Positions 13,334 to 27,081 of a stretch of DNA of 64,000 bases are shown here, one piece after another. The notes under the pieces were generated by a model, which saw only the letters and a program-made list of their open reading frames with translations, was not told the origin of the DNA and did no database searches. How positions within the stretch are numbered: position 1 is the stretch's first letter; every line of letters starts with the position of its first letter. The translations under genes and the position numbers were made by a program. Origin of the DNA: Torpedo marmorata (lineage: Eukaryota); contig OZ360230.1 of NCBI GenBank assembly GCA_977017645.1, positions 38,254,001 through 38,318,000 on the forward strand, given 5' to 3'.

Positions 13334-15599
13334 TTTGAATATTCAGGCCAACTTAATCAATCTGTTGTCAATTTATTATATTAATGTTGGAATATTTGTA
13401 TTTGTGACAGTTCAGTCTCACTATGTCGTTTACACTATGTCATTCACAACCAAAGGTATTCTAATCCTTGGTTCTGCCTCTTTAAAGTCCACTCAGTTCG
13501 GGTGGAGATTTCACTTTCAATACTTGACATCTCTTTCCTCTTGAAGTCCTTCACAGAGCAATCCTCAGAATGTGGCAAGAAGTACCGAATCAGAGAATTT
13601 ATATCTTCTTCTTACTCATCCATCCACTTGCTTTACGAAAAATAGATTATTTTTTAAAATTTATTCGCAATTTGTCCATACAATAGGATAACATTACGAC
13701 GGGACAGTCCATGGTATAATTTCTGCAGATCAGTTTAAGAATTTTGAAGCTCAGGTAAAGTGAAACCGCATTTGTTAGTGTTCAACGTTATACTTCATGA
13801 AATTCATGTAAACAATCGCTGGTTCTGAATTGAATGATTGGGACCAATTTACAGAGCCCCAGCCTGTTAACACCTGCAAAACACGGGATCTGCTATTTAC
13901 ACTTCGCACATTAGACGAACTAGTTAAAACAATTTTCCCCATCAAAAAAAGGCTTACAATCCCTTCAAACGTAGAATCGGTGGCTGGATCTTAACTATTG
14001 TTTGAAAGAAATGCTATCTATTTAATATTCAAACTGTAACAATTCAGGACTTGTGACAGATTTTATGGATTAATAATGGTCAGAAGATTTGTATATATCT
14101 GAAGAGTGCATGGTTCGATTATACCCAGAATTTGGGGCATCGTTTCACCTGATGGCTTTTCAGGTGAAGAATGATTTCTCGTTCAACTTGCAACATTAGT
14201 TGCAATAAAAAAAAATCAACCTTCCCCTATCCCTCACCCCAAACGCAATATTTTACAACCGCCTCCCCCCAAATCAAAGCACACACAACGCTACTACCCC
14301 AGCTCCCCAAACATAAACTGCCAATAAAATATTCATCACGTTCACGGAATTATTATATGGTAATGAAAGTTGGATATGATGCGATAGCTGGCTACACTAG
14401 ACCACGCAAAATACAGATCAGCATGTTGGCGGACGTTGACAACAGTTCGTCCAAGGAAGAGATGTGCACACGATTTAATAGAAAACGTCAGCGGTGTTCC
14501 CTCAACATTGTTTGGTTCCGCTCGTAACTTTTTGATTGCAGCCAAGTGAAAGATGTGTTTATCTTTAAAAAAGCGTCACTCTTTTTAGGAGTTAGTAAGA
14601 TGGATGTTCCCTCAAGGACGTAAATGGACACCTTTTTAAGGGTTACTTTCACAGACTATCCAGGACTAAAGCAGGAAGTCTTGTGGTGGTCAAACCCCTC
14701 TCACATGTGCTGCGCTAATGGCTTCCCCGTGCCCAGGGTGCATTCCAACACATCATTAAGAACTTGTTTTATTTCGTATATATTATCAGTCGCGATTCAT
14801 CGCCACATAAGTTTAGTTAAAGTCATCCAGAGGTTCCTCTGGAAGGGGCGACAAGATTAGACCATCAACCAGCTTCCGATGATGAATGGGACGGACAGTT
14901 GCTCTTTCAGCCAATAAAAACAGAGATTTGACTTGCAGCAACGCCATCATTTCACGTGGCCTATCTAGTCATTTTTATTTAATTCAGTAATGCTGCACGG
15001 GAAATGTGCTTTTGCAATTTCATCGGTTTGTTTTGGTGAAAAAGATGGAAGGACATTTTATGGAGATGCTTTGAAGCTCTGATGAGTATCTAGGATTGGA
15101 GTCGTCGGCTTAACTATTAACACAATCAACTATTTCTTGAAAAACGTCTTTAAATCGTAATCAATTAAACATTGGTCAAATTCCGTTTCTTCTGATTAAA
15201 CTTTCCTTTTATATAAATTTCTGCCACAAGAGCAAATTAAATAAACACGAATTTGAGTGGGAAGAGACAAACTCTCGCTGCAAATTGAAACGAATTAATA
15301 GCTTTCTAGATGTTTGCTAGATATTTTCAAATTATATTAGAAACGATTACCGAATACAATAATATTGATAGTTACGACGTCGATGTTGCAGGAAATGTCA
15401 TTTCACGTGCACGTGTTCAGAACCCTTCCAAACTTAAATTAAAATATTAAATAAGTTCGCCAATCCAGTTCTGGGTTGTAGAGGATGTGATATTCAAATT
15501 GTTTTTAATATTTCCCTTGTCGGAGCAGTCCATTTACTGTTTTTTTTCCCCTAAGATAACGTTTCTGCTTGCCAGGTAACGTTATATAGCACGGCTCTC

Positions 15600-16260
15600 A
15601 GCCCTCTCCTGGATAGAGGCACATAGCTGAGAGATTGTTATATTCCGCCACAGTGAAACGGTTTTCTTGAAAAAGACAGAAGCCTTGCCGCTATGCCCTG
15701 CACTTCATAAATCACATCTTTATATGGACAAGGTCAGGGCACCTAACAGCTCAGACATTGGTCTTTGCAGAGTTTCTGCACACTAAGGCATGTTTATTCT
15801 CCAGCACAGATCTCTGAGGAGCAGTCCAGCACGCCTCTAATTACTTTTGATTATTTTCATTTGTTGGGGGTCAGCTCTGCTTGCCAGTGTTGCTGCGGGG
15901 CTGATTTACTACAAATTCCATGCCTTTGAGGGACTGAATGGTGTGTTTTTTAGAATTAGCACCGATTATTCTGCCTCCTTCTTGTGGTATACTGTAAACA
16001 GGAAACCAGGAAGGGAGACTGTCCTTTAGCAGACACATAGTAGTCCTTCTCTTCTCCTTTAATGAAGCAGAAAGCTTTATTATTTTACACCGGAGACGCA
16101 CTAATAGAATATTGTGCTGTGCAGCGAGTGGGCTCACTTGAAAACTCCAGAGAACAACCCCTCCAGTGTCAGCACACAAGAGCTTGACAGATTTTTAATG
16201 TCATTAGCAACGGTTAGATTGTTAGGTCATCTTATTTATATTTGATGTGGGTTTGCACAT
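15600..16260. promoter_or_regulatory. Candidate enhancer / conserved non-coding element
   Basis: Unique, non-repetitive sequence with a motif cluster near 16185-16232: TGACAG (MEIS/TALE), TAAT cores, GTCATTAGCAAC (RFX X-box-like), AGGTCA half-site. Conservation not tested. Confidence 0.3.
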
Positions 16261-19200
16261 TAACTTCCTTTCCCTCTCCCGTTTCATTCGCCAATGAATA
16301 TTTCACTTCTATCATTATACTATTCAATGCCAACATCTGAGCGGGGAGTGAAGAAATAGGGGTGGTGGGGTGTGAACATACACACAGACACACCGTTTTT
16401 TACTTTCTGCATTAAAAACCTGGTGATTAAATGAGTTGTTGAGGATTCATACTCGTGCGATTACAGGAACGAGAATACATTAATCGGAAAACATAAGTAA
16501 ACTAATTATTTGGAAATGGTATCATTCTCCTGCGGAGTCACATTGATACACTTTCGTTTCTCTTTTTTCTTCCAATATCTTTCTTTGAAAGGCCTACTTT
16601 TAAAACAGAAAATGCATTTTGAGGCTACGCGTCGCTTAGCATGGATTTCGCTCATAACAACTGAAGAGAATGATCAGGAGACCGTTCCCTCCTGCACAAC
16701 CTCGCCCGAGCGGGGCGATCCGGATTCAAGTCCAGTGCAACTGGGCGTAACTGGCCTCCTCGCTCGGACTACCCGGTTGTTGTCGCATCAACACCGAGCG
16801 GAGGCCCGAAATCTAAAACTCACATGTGTGGAGGTCCCTTGGATAGTTTCACAGCCGTTTACAGCACAAAGGAGACCTCTCGTGCTGTTGCGTCCTTGCT
16901 GGCAGGGGGTGGGGGGTGAGATAAACGGGTTGTCCAACTTCACCTAGTTCTAGATCCCAATCACGGTGGGATACCATGCAAACGCTTTTCATTCAATTCC
17001 TCATGTATAGCTTTGCGTTTATCTGCCTCTGGACCATTGAACTCCAGATTCCCATAACACTCTGGGTGAAGTATTTGCCCTCCCCACGTTGCATATTTCA
17101 AGAGACCACCACCCTTCCCCATCTCTAGCCCAGTTATTCTGAGAAACATGATCATTAACATCACAGCCTTCACTCTCCTGCAACAGAAGAAGACGTTCAA
17201 CTGATCTCAGCAGATTGGTGCAGAGCTCATTCATTGGGACTCCCAGCCATTTACCGTTGACAACTTAAAACCCCAGCTGCAGGATTCCACTGTAACTGTC
17301 TCTCACTATAAATGTAGTCTCCCCGTGTGTATGCCTGGGCATAGTAACAGAAATATTTCACAGGGACTGCTTGAAGTCAATGGGATGGTAGTTCTCCAAT
17401 TTTCATCTGTTAACAATAGCTTGACTTGTTTAATATGCATGACATATTAAACAGGATGAGACAATGAAACCATCTATCAAATCAATCGATTCAGTCGAGT
17501 AATTCATACTACATCAAGAAAAAATATATAATTTATTGTCCTCAGCAAATATCATTCTAGCTAAAGAGACCCTGATGAACTGGGATCCTTGAAATATTAA
17601 GATGAATAAGTGAAGCACAAGTTTGAAAAGTGGTGAGTGTTGTATTCTAAGACACCATCTTCAACCAAGTAATTCTGGTATATATCTACTTAATGTGGCA
17701 CCAAGCAGGACATTGTTGCTGGCAAGTAATGTTAAAACACTCAACAAAGCAACTCAATGTTTCCCATGATGGGCTTCAGTTCATACATTCATTCTTAACA
17801 TGAAATTTGAAATTATTAACCATTCTTTTGAATGGTTCAGCCTGTTACCTCAGGAATTAGACCTTCATCTGACATTTGAAATGGGGTATAATATACCCTC
17901 ATTCCCTCTGGTCAGAGAGCCATCTCCCATTATTTTGCCTGCACTGTAGGATATCTTTGGCTCAAAAGATCTGTTGGACACTTTTTAAATTTACCTTTCA
18001 ACATTTCAAGATCAGCCACCAATGTAGCTAAATCAACGTGTGGATAAATTTGGGTAGCCTTCTTACAGCTCGGAGTTGTCAGTATAAGTCAAGTTGGTTA
18101 ACTGCACATTGTAAATTTAGGTGATATTATAATTATCTGCTCATACCTGATTGTATATAAGCAAATATTATTGTACGTGCACAATTCCTTTCTTCAGCAA
18201 AAGAAAAAAAATATGTGTAGTGTTTGCTGTGCGTGTTAAATATTGGCCTGGATTTTGTATTACAAAGAAATAAAAGGATATTTGCCATTAACTCTTTTTT
18301 TGTGTGGCAATTTTTTGAAAGTGACCATTGCGCAGTGATGAAAGAAGTGTTTTTGAGATGCAAGAGGAAAGGGTAAGCAGCTGTATATGGCATTAGCCAG
18401 TTTGGTTGAAGGATTGTGAAATTAACAGTGCAAGGACAGAGAAAGAAGTATAAATCAGACTGTATAGTTTCAGGTCTGAATCAGGTGTAGAAAGACAAAT
18501 AAAGGAAGTGCAATAAAGATTAGATTAACAAGAAAGAACAAAAACACAGATAAAATACTTTAAATGTAAAAAATATTTTTTTTACATCTCCAGAAACAAA
18601 TTAATTCTGCAGGGATAGTATACAATAGTTTTTGGCATTGCTGTTAAACAACAATTAACACCGAGCATATTGTTGAAAGGATACATAAATGGAAATGGAC
18701 AAAAAAAGACTTAATTTACCGTGTTAAGTTTAGTTTATATCTACTCAAGAAAAACTGCAACATCACACCATTCGATGAAGAATAGAGCGGGGAGAAGACA
18801 GTGGATACCATTTTCTCAAATCAGATAGCGGAGTGGTACACACGGAATAGTAACTTTTGAATAGTTCAATTTAACTGTCCATTTCCTCATTCTGTAAAGT
18901 TGTGGCAGCATTTTTAAACCAGTAGCAGTAAGCTTCACCATTACTTGTCAATAAAGTTGGTTCATTGTCTCAAATATAAAGGAACATTTGCAGTACATTT
19001 GAGCCATATACAAAAAGCACATAGTTTGTATACGAGAGCTTTTTATCTCAAATATTACATAAGAATATTCTTGAGGACAAGATTTTGCAGACACAAACAT
19101 TATATATGCGTAAAAGTGAAAATCTAGAGCAATAGAATATAACTACCTGCAAACCAAGCACAATGCCAGATACATGAAGGGGCTCTATGTAGAGAATCCA

Positions 19201-19369
19201 ACAGTATAAAAGCTGTTGAATGTCACTGCACCATGAAAAGACGAATGAAAAATGCAATTTTTCAAAGTGAATCCATCCTGGGATGTCTTCCTAAATGTAT
19301 ATAAATATGTAACAAACCATTTTCCCGTTATTCATCCCTACTTAATTTGTTTATACGAGTTACTGATTT

Positions 19370-19530
19370 AAGGAAGGAAATCGGCCATCTTTATTTTTAA
19401 CTTGACCTTACTTCTGACGAGTTCTACCAATGTGGTCAACACATCAATTCAGGGGCAGTTGGGGATTGACAACAAATGTTGATATTTCCAGTGACATTGG
19501 CACCCTGTGAGCAAATTATTATTTATTTAT
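19370..19530 (+). mobile_element. Decayed SINE 3' half
   Basis: AGGAAGGAAATCGGCCATC...AATGTGGTC...GGGCAGTTGGGGATTGACAACAAATG resembles a recalled shark SINE tail; a related tail lies on the minus strand at ~62450-62527. Confidence 0.4.
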
Positions 19531-20014
19531 TTTTAAAAAAGTGCACAGTAGTCTTTCAAGCGAGTCAAATAGCTGTTCTTCCTGTCAGTGCTGAGAATGT
19601 GAGTGTCAGCAGGATTTTTCAATGCTTCATCATCAAAGCACGGTTTGCTTCATTTGGCCCTTGATAGTCAAGTGTATGCATTTAACAGCAGGACCACTGG
19701 CTGGTTTCTGTCTCCCTAGCCAGGAGGAGTTAGCATGCCTACTTCTACTACAGCTGAACCCAGGTAATGAGAAGTGCACTGAACAAATCATGCTACTTTA
19801 TTTTACTCAGTTTGTCAGTTGGAGTGGTGGCAAGGAGATTTTGTGGGGGAGTGGTGATATCCGAGTGGACAGTGATAATCAGATGGCTCCTGCTGTCCAA
19901 TTTCGTGACCCAAGCTAGAAGTGATATTGTATCAAAATATTTGAAATATAGGAATGAACTCACTGCATGTCACAGGACTATTATTATTTTTCTTTCCCCC
20001 AGATTCCCAGATCT

Positions 20015-21390
20015 TACATTGCCTCACAGGTGCCAGGGTTAGAGATGACTCAGATCGAATCCACAACATTCTTGAGAGGGAGAGGGAGCAGCCAGAAGTC
20101 AAGGTAGACATTGGTACTAACGATATAGATAAGAAAAGGAATGAGGTCCTGAAGAGTGAATACAGGAAGAAAAGGTGCAAAAATAAAAGGATTGTTGTCA
20201 TGAGTGAATTCAACTTCCCTAATATTAATTGGACCCTCCTTCGTGCAAAAGGGTTACATGAGGCAGAATTTTATCCAGTATGTCTAAGGAGAATTCCTGG
20301 CACAGTATGTGGACAGGCCGACTAGACGAGAGGCTATATTGGATCTAGTACTGGGCAACGAACTTGGTCAGGTGACATATCTCTTGGTGGGTGAGCATTT
20401 TGGAGAGAGCGATCATAACTCCCTGACCTTTAGCATGGCCACAGACAAGGATAGGAGCAGACAACATGGGAAAGTATTTAATTGGGGGAGGGCTAATTAC
20501 AATGGTATTAGGCAGGAACTTTGGAGCATTAATTGGAAACAGATGTTCTCAGGGAAAGGCACAGCAGCAATGTTCAGGGACCACTTGCATGGGAAACAGG
20601 GAAAGGATGGTAGGGTAAAGGAACCATAGTTGATAAGAGAAGTGGAATGTTGAATCAAGAAGAAGATGGAAGCATACTTAAGGTTTAGGAAGCAAAAATC
20701 ATGAAAGGCTCTTGAGAATTACAAGATAACTAGGAACCCAAGAAGGGACTTAGAAGAGGTAGAAGGGGACATAAGAAGGCCTTGGCAAGTAGGATTAAGA
20801 AAAACCCCCAAGGCATTCTGCATGTCCATGAAGAACAGAAGAATGATGAGAGTGAGGGTCGGATATGCTCAGGGACAAAGGAGGAAATGTGATGAGAGGT
20901 GTAGGAGATAGGGGAAGTCATTAATGAATACCTTGCTTCAGTGTTCACCAAGGAGTGGGACCTTGACAAATGTGAAGTCATTGTAAAACAGGCTAATGTT
21001 CTGGAGCACGTTAAGAGGTACTGTTGGAGCTTCTGAAAAGCACTGAGATACATAAGTCCCCGGGGCAGGATGGGATATGCCTCGATTACTCCAGGAGGTA
21101 AGGGAAGAGATTGCTGGTGTGTTGACAATGATGAAGAAGTGGGACCAGAGGATTGGAGGATGGCAGAGGTAGGATTTGTAGAGAGTGGTATTTATCTGGA
21201 ATGCACTGCCAGGGATGGTGGTAGAGGCGGATAGAATAGAGATATTTAATTTTTTTTTAATGGATTTAAGAAAAATGGAAGGTTAGTGGCTCTGAGAGAG
21301 GGAAGGATTAGATTGATGCGAGCAGGTTTATATAGGTCATCACAACATCGTGAGCCGAAGGGCCCATACTGTACTGCACTGTTCTCTGTT
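20015..21390 (+). mobile_element. Old CR1 LINE, internally deleted (ORF1 esterase fragment, ORF2 fragments, 3' tail)
   Basis: Translations CLTGARVRD...IGTNDI (SGNH-like ORF1), FNFPNINW and PTRREAILDLVLGNE...ESDHNSLTF (endonuclease C-terminus); CR1 tail GCCGAAGGGCCCATACTGTACTGCACTGTTCT; many stops and frameshifts. Confidence 0.85.
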
Positions 21391-21851
21391 TTTTCTCAAA
21401 TTTATTTCATTAACATGTGCATATTATTTTAGAAAATGATTCATAATTGTCTCATTTTTTAAAAATTATATGACTCATCTGAACACTTTTCCATTTTCAT
21501 CCTACATAATCTTCCTCAAATGGTTATCAACCATTGGAAGCCATTTCATGCATTTGTGTTTATGTCCACTGTTTGTCTAGTGTTCCAAAACAATATTTAC
21601 TGACCTGCTATTTAACTGCCATGGATCACCAGTCCTTCCCCCACACCAGATCTCTACCACCACCCTGCCCTAGACCACATCAATCCCAACTTCGCAATGA
21701 TTACTTTTCATCTGCTTCGATGAATTATATTGTTTATGTATTATATATTCAAAATCTTATGGGATTTACATGTTAAAAAGCACATGACTGTTTTGTCGAT
21801 ATATTACAAAAGATATGAAGAGTACATATGGCTACTGGGTAGACATCAGTT

Positions 21852-21945
21852 GTAAAAACGCAAATGTTGGAGAAACTCAGCAGGTCACACAGTGTACTTT
21901 GTACAGCAAAGATAAAGATGCATAACCAACGTTTTGGGCCTGAGC
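21852..21945 (-). mobile_element. Penelope-type terminal fragment, truncated within hammerhead stem II
   Basis: TGTTGGAGAAACTCAGCAGGTC...AACGTTTTGGGCCTGAGC; homologous to the copies at 37905, 60590 and 63608. Confidence 0.65.
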
Positions 21946-24900
21946 TGGAGAATGTTGCTCAGTTTTAGTTACTATACTTTAGAAGGGATGTCAATGCTTT
22001 AGATTTTTTGGAACATTTTCAAGACTGAGGGATTCCATAGATGGGGAAAAACTATAGAAACAGGATTATTCTCCAAGAGCACAGCAGGGTTAGAAGATAT
22101 TTAATGGAAGTATTCAAAATTCAGAAATTCTATGGAGTGGATAGGGAGAACATTTCCACCATCACCTTTCATTTGTATCCCATGGTTACCCATTATCCTG
22201 TCAATATTTAAAGGTGATTCACAAAGAAATAAACTAGAGAGGAGATGAAAATAAATGAACATTGGGCTTTTATGACCTGGACTCCATTGCTTAAAGAAAT
22301 ATAGTTAAAATACTTTCATAAGGGAATTGAATAAATACTAGAAGAGGAAAGGGTTCTGGGAAAGAGCAGGGGAGGTTTGGAGGAATTGGATGGCTCTTTA
22401 AAGGGTCGATTGAAGAAATGAATAATTGAATAGGCTTCCATATTGCAGTGGTTTTTGATGATGTATATAAACATTTTACTTGTAGGTGACCATACAAATA
22501 ACCTAATTTTGCTCCATTATCTTGCTTTCTAGATCCATATTTGAAGAATCCCCAGGAAGTGAACACTTTATAGACACCCTGCTTTCAATCATGGCTACAC
22601 ATCTAGAAATGAAAAGCAACAATTGGATGCAAGATACTTAACTTAAAATCTTTAATAATAATACAAAGTTTAATAATAATACAAAATAATAAGTACTAGT
22701 AAGTATCTGAATCTTAAAACATTGCATGTTCATCTCCTAATGCATATGGATATAGAAATGTAATGATAATACATTTTACTTTTGGTCAAATTCTGTATAA
22801 GCTCTTTATTGATACTTTTATGATTTTATTAGTGGCAACTAGAATGAAGTTGTCATTATTTTACTTGGGGAATTCTTTTAAATTAAAGTTAATCATTGTT
22901 TATTCGACTAATTTTTGTTTACATCTCACATCTCACTTTGAATAGGTATTTTATTCCAGCTTTGATCTAAGTCTCCTTTTTCCTTTCTACCTTTTTCAGC
23001 TTCCTGTCCAAGAGATTTGGCACTCATGAACTTTGCCAGGCCTGTCTCACAATGACATGATGGCTAAGTAAATTGTCCAAAACCAGTCAAACACTGAAGA
23101 GGTAAAATGCTCTGTCCTTTGTCAGAGTTTCATCTATTCCTTTCACTTTGAACAACATTTTCACCACTGGGCTAATTTAACCATTTACCATTCTTTATTT
23201 TATTGCACATTTTTAAGAATGTAGCTACATGCAGTGACAATAGAATTAAACATATGCCAACAGCGTCGAATATTGCAGTAGATGTTGATGCAAACATAAA
23301 TGACAAGTAACTAGAATATTGTTTTGACTTGATTAAAACCTTAACATCTATAATGAACTAACTATAACTGTATTAATAAATCAATCATTAAATTAAATAT
23401 ATATTTTTTATGAAATAGAAGAGGAATAAAAATTTTATCTCCTGAGATGAATATTTTGTTCATACACTATTTAATTTCTTTTTCCGATGCTCTACTATCT
23501 CACTATCTTGACCCTTGCCTGACTTCAAATATTTTTCCAGATTTATGATATTTGTAACTGCAGATGCTCTTTCATATCTTCATGCAAGCCATTTCTCATT
23601 CAGTGGGCAGAGTAGCAGTGCTTGTGTATACATGCCCTCCATGTACAACTCAGTCCAGATTTATTCACACACTCATACTTTCTCATTTAGTCATTTGCTG
23701 TATGAGCAAATGCTCAACAAATCTCTGCAATTGAATAAAACTTACAACTTAAAATCTGTTCACAGGATTTAATGCATTAATTATCCAAAATATATATAGG
23801 TGTATAACTCCTAATAATAAACAATATTTGTTATTTTTTTTATAAATTGTTAAAAACACATTTATTCTTTGTGTAGCGCAGGAAATGAATTACTTTGCAT
23901 TTTAAATATAGCATCAATAATTTTATAATATTACATTGTTTTATGTCACCTTAAATTTAGCAACATTTCATTTAACTGTTACCAACTATACAAGTAGTGG
24001 CTATTTACTCTGCCATCCCAGTTTGATTATCCCTTATACTTCTCAATAAATTTGCATGATATAAGAAAATTTGTAGCAAATTCAAGAAGACTGAAGGGGT
24101 TGTCTTCGGTCTCTGTCACAAACCTAGTTCCAGAACTACTGAGTTTATCCCTTAATCTGGTATCTGTTTTAAGATTGAACCAGGCTCTACATTGGTGTCA
24201 TGATTGACTCTGAGATAATCTTAGGACTATATATTTGCAGTTAGTCTCTACCTCATTCAAGGGATCTCCTGCTCAAACCCTTATATGTATCATCATTGCT
24301 TCCATGCTTAACTACACCAACATACTTCTAACCACACTCTCTCATTTTGCTGTCTATGAAAATAAGATAATTTTATCTTTGAATATAATGACTCAGTCTC
24401 CACAGAATCTTGGGTAGAGAATCCCATATGTCATGACTTTCTGAAATAAGAAATTTCTATTCATATTGATCTTAAAATTCTGAGACTGACAAGCTCCTTC
24501 AAGATCTGATATTTCAAAGAGTACAAGTCAGTCACCCTAATTTTGACTCATTAGATAATACCTTCTTACCTAAAATCAATATCTGTGAATTTTCTATATC
24601 TCTAAGGGATGCTAGAGATGCTTTTACGGTTTTGATCCCCGTTAAATAAGGGGATCAAAATCATACAGAATAGCCCAAATGTCTCAACGATGTATTATAA
24701 AGTTGAGGCAAAACATCCTTACTTTTATACTCTATTCCTCTTGCAATAAAGACAAAAACAGCCAGATCATTTTCAATGAAAAAGGAAGCTAAAATCACTG
24801 GAACCAAATCTGCAATTTTAGGCTATCTATGATGACATTGCCGTGTCTAGCTAGAATAGAAATGATTGGGTAGTTCCCTGTCAATGAGATTTGCTACCCA

Positions 24901-26374
24901 CATTGAGTAACTGACTGAGATTAATATTGTATGCATAATTTATGTAACCAACTAGCATTCATTATTTTCTTTCCTGGGTAAATTACTCTGCTTTTATTGG
25001 GGAACTTTGATTGCAATGGTCTTTGGGCATCTGCAAGCACCTAGAGGTTCTTGGTTTCCTCCAGAGGTCAGAGAGGAAATTATCAGAGAATTGCTGAAAC
25101 AGTTTAAGGTTTGTCTTTTGCCACTGAAGGCAGATGATAGTCTCTCCTGAGTACAATATTAGTTTTGACAGGAATGGAGAGAGCTTACTGCATTTAATCC
25201 TGTTGTGTTATATTTGAATAAAATATGAAATTGTTTATTATTTCTAGGAAACTCTTAAAGAATAACTCTGTAAAAAAAGACGTTAAACAGAAGCAGGCAG
25301 CAAATAAAACAGGCATCAATGCAGCTGAGGGGGAAATTGCTGAGTGACAAAGAGTGTAGTGGGTAGAAATTTGTCTTTAATCGGTAGTGCTAAATGGGCA
25401 GTCAGAGCTGCCTCTTGTACATGCCTCCAGATATCGACATCTGTAGAACTGAATGGGCTGAATCATATTGGCTACGGCCAGCAATTCTGGCTTTCAGCCA
25501 TTCAAGCTGAGGTACGTCCCAGACTTAGACACTTGCAATGTTAGACTCAGTCTTGTTGACAGATTTGGAAGGCTGGGAAAATGCTGGGGAATTGCCTTTT
25601 GGATCCTATGCCAGATCAGAGCTGGCCTGGGATCAGAAACTCTATTGATTACAGTAGGAATTCTAATCCTGCAGGTTTGAAGGGAAGAGTACATTAATTT
25701 GTTAATTATTGTTATAGTTTTTAATAATCTAGTTATTTATTAACTGAATTTAATTAACTTCACTTTTAATTTAAATTTTAAATACATTTTTGTTTAATTA
25801 TGCACTTTTTTTTAAATGCCTTTGAATATTAGAACCTTTTAAAATGTTGTCAAAGTTGGTAAAAGTTTTGACAGAAGACAAAGCTCTTCCTCCAGCTTTG
25901 CATTTTGTTGGGGGCGCTTAAGGAACAGGGTTTGCACCCAGTGCTGCCCATCACCCAGACTTCACCTTCAGGCTCAAGGGTGCAGAGGCCCACCCACCGA
26001 GTCAGTCCCTCGACAACCAGCCAGGCAATATGGGCGGACTCAGTCCAGCACAATCCTGCTCAATATTGGCGATGGCATATGTATGCTTGCCATTGTGGGC
26101 CAAAAGTGAATTTCTAAAAAAATATTTTTATTTTATTAACCATTCACTTACTGCAGCCTGCAGCAATGCTTTAAAGAAATATCCCACAATTAATTATTGT
26201 TATTTTTGAGCTTTACAAGTCCTGGAAGGACTGCACCAGATTTTAATTTTGAAGTATGATTAAAGTACAAGTTATGAATTTAACCATTAAATTGCAAAAT
26301 GAAAGGAAACATTTTTCAAGCATATTGAGAGAGAGTGGCAGATGTCGTACAATGTACATGGAACTGGGTGGCAC

Positions 26375-27081
26375 CAATGTTCCCTCTCATTTTTAGTCGT
26401 CAGTGTGCGCAAAAATCTTATGTTGTGCACATTTGTTTCCTGTGACAAAAGTATGTGCAAAGTATTTGCTTGTGCAAATGTAAACTTGAAATTGTTTCAA
26501 GATAATTTTGGCACAGCCTATCTCTCATGGCTAATAAAACTGTATTGGCATGTTTTAATATAATACAAGTATGATTGCATTCTACAAAGTATAATTATTA
26601 ATTACTACATTATTTTAGGTAATTAACCTTTTGTGCGCAGATTAATTTCCTTTGTGCGCTGGTTGCAAAACGTGTGTGCGCGCGCACACAGTTTAGAGCA
26701 GTGGTTTTCAAACTGCACACTTAAACTCACATTCCACCTTAAGCAATCCCTATGCCATAAGTGCTCTGTGATTACTAAGGGATTGCTTAAGGTGGTATGT
26801 GAGTGGAAAGAAAAAGGTTTGAAAACCACTGTTTTAATCGTCCCTAATTGACTCGTTATGTGCACGGTTTCATAACTCCAAAAGAAATGGGCCAATGACA
26901 ATTTTTCTCAAGCAAAATATTTCAGTAACAATTGGGTTCTTCTCAACCTTCCCTTCCCACCCACATACCACCTTAAGCAATCCCTTACCAATCACAGAGC
27001 ATTTATGGCATAGGCATTGCTTAAGGTGGAATGTGAGTTTAGGGGGGCAGTTTGAAAACTACTGGCTTAGAGGGAAGAGTG
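26375..27081. mobile_element. Older non-autonomous DNA transposon (hAT-like TIR CAATGTTCCCTCT / AGAGGGAAGAGTG) hosting a younger MITE
   Basis: 13-bp TIRs with 2 mismatches; repeated subterminal TGTGCGC motifs; no clear TSD. Confidence 0.55.
26699..27064. mobile_element. hAT (Charlie-like) MITE
   Basis: TIRs CAGTGGTTTTCAAACTG / CAGTTTGAAAACTACTG; 8-bp TSD GTTTAGAG (26691-26698) / GCTTAGAG (27065-27072). Confidence 0.85.

Noticed and set aside
15-19918. Dozens of 60-145 aa ORFs in the first 20 kb
   Set aside because: No recognisable domains; overlapping on both strands; many are low-complexity or use non-ATG starts. Consistent with chance ORFs in eukaryotic non-coding DNA.
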